Origin: Promethearchaeota archaeon
Lineage (GTDB): Archaea; Asgardarchaeota; Lokiarchaeia; Sigyniarchaeales; SOKP01
Direction: 5' to 3'
Length of the DNA stretch: 63,578 nucleotides
Assembly (NCBI GenBank): GCA_019894975.1
Contig: JAGXNO010000018.1
Coordinates: 1 to 63,578, forward strand
Part shown: positions 58,441 to 63,578 of the stretch, in pieces
Position numbering within the stretch: the first letter of the stretch is position 1
Layout: each line of letters begins with the position of its first letter
Translations under genes and position numbers: made by a program
Notes under the pieces: generated by a model
Database searches by the model: none
What the model saw: only the letters and a program-made list of their open reading frames with translations
What the model was told of the DNA's origin: nothing

Positions 58441-59976
58441 ATTTCGAAAGTGAAAGAAGCATATAATGAGATTGAAAGTGTTGTTGGGGAAGATTATGTA
58501 ACCGATAAAGACTTCATGAAAGCGGCATATTCAAGAAATGTCGATCCTGCGTTTCCTGACCGTTGGGCTGACGTGATAGTGCGTCCTGAAACTACTGAAG
58601 AAGTATCTGAGATTGTGAAGATTGCCAATAAATACAAAATAAGAATGGTCCCACGAGGAGGGGGCGCTGATTTAGTAGGAGGAAGCGTAACCGAAGAGGG
58701 TATTCTTATAGATTTAACAAGAATGAATCAGGTTATTGAATTCAACAAAGATGACTATTATATCGTAGTTGGTTGTGGTATCACGTGGGGAGCATTAATC
58801 TCATACCTTCACCCTACAGGTTATAGTACAGGTGTTATTGGTCCTGGAAGTGGATTCGCCGCGACAATCGGGGGTGGTTTATCGAATAGTACAGCTGGAG
58901 GAGGTTCTACTAAATACGGTCTTGTTCCCGATATTTGTCTGGGGGTTGAGGTTGTACTACCAAACCCAGAAGGTACAATCATTAGAACTGGTTCCGCAGC
59001 AAACAAATATGCAAAGCCCTTCTGTAGATATGGTGTTTCACCTGACTTTACAGGTTTGTTTATGGGCGATGTAGGAACTATGGGAATTAAGACCAAAGCA
59101 TTCTTAAGAATATTCCCAGATCCTCCATATAAACAAGCACGCATGTATGTGGTTAATAAACCGGATTATAACAAGGTATTTGAGTTATCACATAAGATAC
59201 GGTTTGAAATAAATGAAGCTTTAAGAGATATTTCTGTTTTACCACCGATTTTAGTTCAAATGCAAGCACCACGATATGCAAAGCAAACAGGTCAAAAACT
59301 TACTGCTAAAGGTCCTTTAATGAATATTACAATAGAAGCTATGGAAGAAAGCACACTAAATTTAAAACTCGACAAGCTTGCCAAGATCATGGAAAATGAA
59401 GCAGAGCGAGTATCTGGTTCCTTAGTAAATCCTGAGTTTGATGATGAACCTAAATTTGGTTATGATCTCGAAGGTACTTTCCATTTTTTCCAGCAATCTA
59501 TTTCACCTACGCCTGCTCAAATTTCAATGGCAACTTGTCATAAAATTCCTATTTCTAATATGGGGCAAGTTTATGATAAAGTCGTTGATTTTAGCAAAAA
59601 ACATGCTGCTGAGATGGGTGCTGGTGCTATCTATCCTGGAATTTTTGCTTCAATGCTCTACTTTCTACCAAACGGTAATTTTGTAGTGTTAGGAGGTGTT
59701 GGGGGAAAGAATGTAGAGGGAGAACGAGAAAGGAATATGAAGAATTGGCACAGGAAGATACGACATCAAGTACGATACGGTGGAGCACATTACTGGCTTG
59801 GAGAGTCAATATCCCAATCAGTTACGGAAGCAGGAGCGTTTACTCCCGAATATGAACAATTTTTCAGAGATATGAAGAAGACAGTAGATCCCAATTACTT
59901 GCTATCTCCAAATAAGTTCCATTTGCACACGTATGATTCGAAATTTAAAGATTATTATGTAGAAGAGGAAGATTAG
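58441..59976 (+). CDS. VAO/PCMH-type FAD-binding oxidoreductase 5
   Basis: Same motifs. Start placed at ATT 58441 by alignment; alternative is GTG 58450. Confidence 0.88.
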   Translation: MSKVKEAYNEIESVVGEDYVTDKDFMKAAYSRNVDPAFPDRWADVIVRPETTEEVSEIVKIANKYKIRMVPRGGGADLVGGSVTEEGILIDLTRMNQVIEFNKDDYYIVVGCGITWGALISYLHPTGYSTGVIGPGSGFAATIGGGLSNSTAGGGSTKYGLVPDICLGVEVVLPNPEGTIIRTGSAANKYAKPFCRYGVSPDFTGLFMGDVGTMGIKTKAFLRIFPDPPYKQARMYVVNKPDYNKVFELSHKIRFEINEALRDISVLPPILVQMQAPRYAKQTGQKLTAKGPLMNITIEAMEESTLNLKLDKLAKIMENEAERVSGSLVNPEFDDEPKFGYDLEGTFHFFQQSISPTPAQISMATCHKIPISNMGQVYDKVVDFSKKHAAEMGAGAIYPGIFASMLYFLPNGNFVVLGGVGGKNVEGERERNMKNWHRKIRHQVRYGGAHYWLGESISQSVTEAGAFTPEYEQFFRDMKKTVDPNYLLSPNKFHLHTYDSKFKDYYVEEED

Positions 59977-59987
59977 GTGAAAAAAAT

Positions 59988-61193
59988 ATGACAGAATTTG
60001 AACCAAAGGAAAAATTTAAGCATTTGGCGAAAATTGGTCCGAATGTATTGCAATGTATTGCGTGCGGTGATTGTAGAGAACAAACCGATTATACTGCTGA
60101 TCCACCAAAATGGGGGGTGTGTGTTGCAAAGGAACACACATCTGGGTTTGAACCATATTTTGCTCGTGGAAAAATGCAAATTATTCGATCTCTTTGGCAA
60201 GGCAAGCTTGATTTGAGTAAGGAAATGGCTGAGGTTATTTATCAATGCCCAACATGTAATGCTTGCTCAGAGGCTTGTGCTTATGACATGGATAATGTTG
60301 CGATGTATGAAGCACTACGAGCGGAATTAGTAGATGCAGGATGTGGTTTAGAAGCCCATATTCCAATGAACAAAGCAATGGTGGAGCTTTTAAATCCTTA
60401 TGAAAGAGATAACAGGTTAAAAGCTAAATGGCTTGAAAAATTGGATTTTAAAGTGAAAGATGCTAATACCGAACAAACAGAAAATCTCTATTTTGTAGGT
60501 TGTACAGCAGCTCTAACTCCTGATATTGAAAACGTAGCAATAAATTCAGCTAAGATTTTTAATAAATTAGGAATTGACTTTTCCGTATTTGGAGAGCAGG
60601 AAGTGTGTTGTGGAAGTGTAGGCATGCGAACAGGTGACCTAAAAGCTTTCAACTCAGTTGCAACAAAGAATTATGAAATGTTTAAGAGAAGTGGAGTAAA
60701 ATCAATCATAACAAGTTGCGCAGGTTGTTACAGGACTTTAAAGAAAGATTATGCTGATTATATGGAAGAACTTGGAATTACGGTTTATCACACAATTGAG
60801 TTCCTAGCCAAGTACATAAAAGAAAACAATGTAGAGTTAAAAAACTCAGGTTTGAAAACCACATACCATGATCCTTGCCATACTGGAAGACATATGGGGC
60901 TCTATGATGAACCAAGAGAAATCTTGAGCAAAATTTCGAATTTAACTGAAATGAAAACAATTAAACAAGCAGCAAAGTGCTGCGGTGCAGGTGGAGGAGT
61001 AAGAAAAGGTTTTGCTGAATTATCTATAGATATTGCTAAGAGTAGAATACAAGAAGCAGAAGAAACAGGTGCTGAATATTTGGTGAGTATATGTCCATTC
61101 TGCTATAGAAATTTAGCTGATGCCATTGAAGCGTTAGGATCAAATCTCAAAATGGTAGATTTAACAGAATTAATAATTCAAGCTTTAGAATAA
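59988..61193 (+). CDS. Fe-S oxidoreductase with two CCG domains (HdrD/GlcF/GlpC-like) 2
   Basis: CIACGDC, CPTCNACSEAC and two CCG domains; 11 bp downstream of FAD paralog 5. Confidence 0.9.
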   Translation: MTEFEPKEKFKHLAKIGPNVLQCIACGDCREQTDYTADPPKWGVCVAKEHTSGFEPYFARGKMQIIRSLWQGKLDLSKEMAEVIYQCPTCNACSEACAYDMDNVAMYEALRAELVDAGCGLEAHIPMNKAMVELLNPYERDNRLKAKWLEKLDFKVKDANTEQTENLYFVGCTAALTPDIENVAINSAKIFNKLGIDFSVFGEQEVCCGSVGMRTGDLKAFNSVATKNYEMFKRSGVKSIITSCAGCYRTLKKDYADYMEELGITVYHTIEFLAKYIKENNVELKNSGLKTTYHDPCHTGRHMGLYDEPREILSKISNLTEMKTIKQAAKCCGAGGGVRKGFAELSIDIAKSRIQEAEETGAEYLVSICPFCYRNLADAIEALGSNLKMVDLTELIIQALE

Positions 61194-61373
61194 TTTTTTT
61201 TAATTTTTTTTTACCTTTTAATTTTTATAGCCAAACTAAAACAGCAGTTAGGAACATAAATTCGAATATGATGTTGTAAAAATAAATTCTATCTTATCGT
61301 TATAACATTGAAATACATAGCTGAGATGATGTTTAGAGCGTAAGAATACGTTATTATAAATAAGTACTTAAGA

Positions 61374-62428
61374 TTATTTTATCTTTCTACTCTTGACACG
61401 TTTAAATTCCGCATAATAAATCATAATGAATAAAATCCCTCCTATCATTAAAAAAAAAGCGTCTTTAATCAATAATCTTTCTAAAATTAGAGCTATACAA
61501 ATTGGTAAGAAATGACCGAAGCTTAAGATGACCACTTCAATACGAGATTCTAATCGGCTTCCAAAAATCCCTATTGCGAATAGACCAATTAAACAACTTA
61601 AGGAAATGAGGGTTAATATGCTCTGTATTATTATGGAGGGTGAAGCAAATGATATTATTTGAATAAGGGAGACTAACCAATTGCCGTAAATTCCAATTAT
61701 AATACCTTCAAATAAAGCTAATCTTAAAGAATCTGGAACATCATTACTAGCAATCCGTTGAGCAAGACCTTCCACAATAGCGGTTTTCCCAACACCAGCT
61801 TCTCCAATTAATACGGGATTGTTTTTTGTGCGTCTTGAAAGGATATGCATAACCCTTCTTATCTCTTCGTCTCTTCCAATCACGGGATCTAGTTTTCCTC
61901 TTCTTGCTAAATCCGTAAAATTGCGACTATATTTTAGAATTGCTTGATATTTTCCCTCAGGATCTTGGTCTGTTATAGTTCGATTACCTCTAATGTTACC
62001 TAAGGCTTGAAGAAGCCTGTCTTTATCTATTCCATAATTTCTTAATATAGGATAAAATGACAGAGACTCGTCTGCTGCTATTGCAATTAGTAAATGTTCA
62101 GTACTTAGATATTGATCTCTTAAAAATCCTGCTTCCCTCCATGCAACATCGAATATTTTTTTAGTTCTTGGTGAGATCCTGACATCAGAAACTCCAGGTC
62201 CAGTAACTTTTGGTAACTTATCCATTTCCGCTTTCAAATCATTTAATAATGAGTAAAGATTTACTCCGAGTTTTTGAAAAAGTGGTGTAGCTATTCCATC
62301 TTGTTGCTCGATCAACGAACTAGCAAATGAAGGGGTTCTATTTGCTGATTTTCATTATTTTGGGCTAATGATTGAGCAGCTTTCAGACCTTCTTGAACTT
62401 TAATCGTGAATTTATCAAATGTCATCAT
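61374..62428 (-). pseudogene. clpB: Frameshifted, truncated clpB fused to an unrelated membrane-protein segment
   Basis: ATG 62428 gives MMTFDKFTIKVQE...EPLHLLVR* (TGA at 62312-62314). ClpB continues in another frame (LIEQQDG...[15 protein letters not shown]...[15 protein letters not shown]...VPDSL), then switches at ~61722 to ~115 hydrophobic residues. Confidence 0.85.
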
Positions 62429-62441
62429 ATTATAATTTTGC

Positions 62442-63455
62442 CTACAGACCTGTTTTTTGTAATTTTTCTATTAATTCTTTTTGTGTTTCATCTAATTTTT
62501 TAGGGATTCTAATCGAAATTTTTACTAATAAGCTGCCTCTTTCTTCTGTTCCCGTCTTAAAAAATCCTTGATTTTTTAACCTTAAAGTCGCACCGTCCCG
62601 TGTTCCCGGAGGAACTGTCATATTTAAAGTTTTTTCAATTCCAGGAACATCTACCTTACCACCTAAAACTGCTGTGGTAAAAGATATTTCTTTTTCTATG
62701 TAAATATCGTCTTCTTCTAATTTAAAAATTGGGTGTGGTTTCACATTCACATTAATATATAAATCCCCTGGAGGCCCTCCATTCATACCAGGCAAACCTT
62801 TTCCTTTTAATCTTAACTTCTGTTGATCTTTTATTCCTCTTGGAATTTTCACTGTCAATGTAGTTTGTTGGCCAGTAGAGGATTCCCTATAGGAAATTTT
62901 ACTTTCTCCACCATAATATGCATTCATAAAATCAATTTCCATATCATACCTTAAATCTTCTCCTTCTACAGGACGATTTCCAAAACCTCCATCTCTCACT
63001 CTTGAACTTGTCCCTTGTTTTGAAAATACATCAAAAATATCTCCTAAATCATTAAAGTAATCAAATCCTCCAGAACCACGACTACTTCTCGATTTTCCTC
63101 CTTTACCAAAAATCTCACTGAAATCAAATCCTCTTGGACCTCCAGAAGTGCTATAGTAATACGTTGTACCATCTGGGGATTGATATGCTTGTCCTCCTCC
63201 AGGAAATCCTCCCTGTTGCTGATAGGAAGATGGATCTCCTTCTACCACGCCAAATTTATCATACATCTCTCTTTTTTTATCATCACTCAAAATACCATAG
63301 GCTTCATTAATCTCTTTGAATTTTTCACCTGATTTGGGTTCATCAGGATTTACATCTGGATGATACTTCCTTGCGAGCTTCCTGAAAGCCCGTTTAATTT
63401 CATCCTTAGTAGCCGTCTTATCAATACCCAATACTTGATAATAATCTTTTACCAT
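62442..63455 (-). CDS. dnaJ: Type-B J-domain co-chaperone (DnaJ/CbpA-like, no zinc finger)
   Basis: KDYYQVLG...KYHPD, G/F-rich region, GEDLRY, LRLKGKG and GDLY; no CxxCxGxG repeats. Start set at ATG 63455. Confidence 0.92.
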   Translation of the reverse strand: MVKDYYQVLGIDKTATKDEIKRAFRKLARKYHPDVNPDEPKSGEKFKEINEAYGILSDDKKREMYDKFGVVEGDPSSYQQQGGFPGGGQAYQSPDGTTYYYSTSGGPRGFDFSEIFGKGGKSRSSRGSGGFDYFNDLGDIFDVFSKQGTSSRVRDGGFGNRPVEGEDLRYDMEIDFMNAYYGGESKISYRESSTGQQTTLTVKIPRGIKDQQKLRLKGKGLPGMNGGPPGDLYINVNVKPHPIFKLEEDDIYIEKEISFTTAVLGGKVDVPGIEKTLNMTVPPGTRDGATLRLKNQGFFKTGTEERGSLLVKISIRIPKKLDETQKELIEKLQKTGL

Positions 63456-63578
63456 GATTTTCATCCCTTTCTTTGAATCTTGATTAAGGATTTTATGAAT
63501 TTAAGAATTTTAATAAAATAAAAAAAAAATAAATATTAATTAAAAAAAAAACCTAAGAATAATCCGTATCAATTACAT

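Noticed and set aside
51833-59976. Diversity-generating retroelement or cassette shuffling behind the variable FAD paralogs
   Set aside because: No reverse transcriptase or recombinase, no template/variable repeat pair, and differences are not adenine-specific.
666-60960. Many 60-130 aa ORFs antisense or out of frame within long genes (e.g. 666-1049, 6831-7232, 52713-53051, 57134-57427, 58821-59144)
   Set aside because: They are shadows of well-supported genes. Their similarity to each other only mirrors the conserved paralogs on the other strand.
61226-61372. Hydrophobic-looking minus-strand frame downstream of the clpB fusion
   Set aside because: Short, interrupted by a stop, and AT-rich DNA readily gives hydrophobic translations.
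62312-62314. TGA in clpB as a selenocysteine or readthrough codon
   Set aside because: ClpB homology continues in a different frame, so this is a frameshift. No Cys-aligned in-frame TGA was seen in the redox genes either.

Overview
AT-rich (roughly 30% GC by eye), gene-dense prokaryotic window with archaeal-type signals: TATA/BRE-like boxes, oligo-T tracts after genes and GGTGA-type Shine-Dalgarno motifs. It encodes several eukaryote-like proteins (longin-roadblock fusion, OSTC/OST3-6-like membrane protein, arrestin-like and GRAM/PH-like proteins), so the most likely source is an Asgard archaeon of the Lokiarchaeia type (inference). Positions 1-19.5 kb hold mixed housekeeping and unknown genes, with the eukaryotic-signature cluster at 11.5-15.9 kb. 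Positions 19.5-61.2 kb form a large lipid/acyl-CoA metabolism region built from paralog expansions: 4 acyl-CoA ligases, 5 SDRs, 2 MDRs, 3 crotonase-family enzymes, 2 SCPx-type thiolases (one with a DUF35 partner, one behind two stand-alone SCP2 genes), an AMACR/CaiB-type enzyme, a VOC protein, and 5 VAO/PCMH-type FAD oxidoreductases with an unusual HYW(L/M)G motif plus 2 CCG Fe-S partners. A VapBC-like toxin-antitoxin pair interrupts the region. The window ends with a frameshifted clpB that is truncated and fused to a membrane-protein segment, and a type-B dnaJ. Paralog alignment suggests several genes start at ATT, ATA or CTG codons. I recognised no rRNA, tRNA, CRISPR array, transposase or integrase. 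All product calls come from motif recognition by eye, not database searches.
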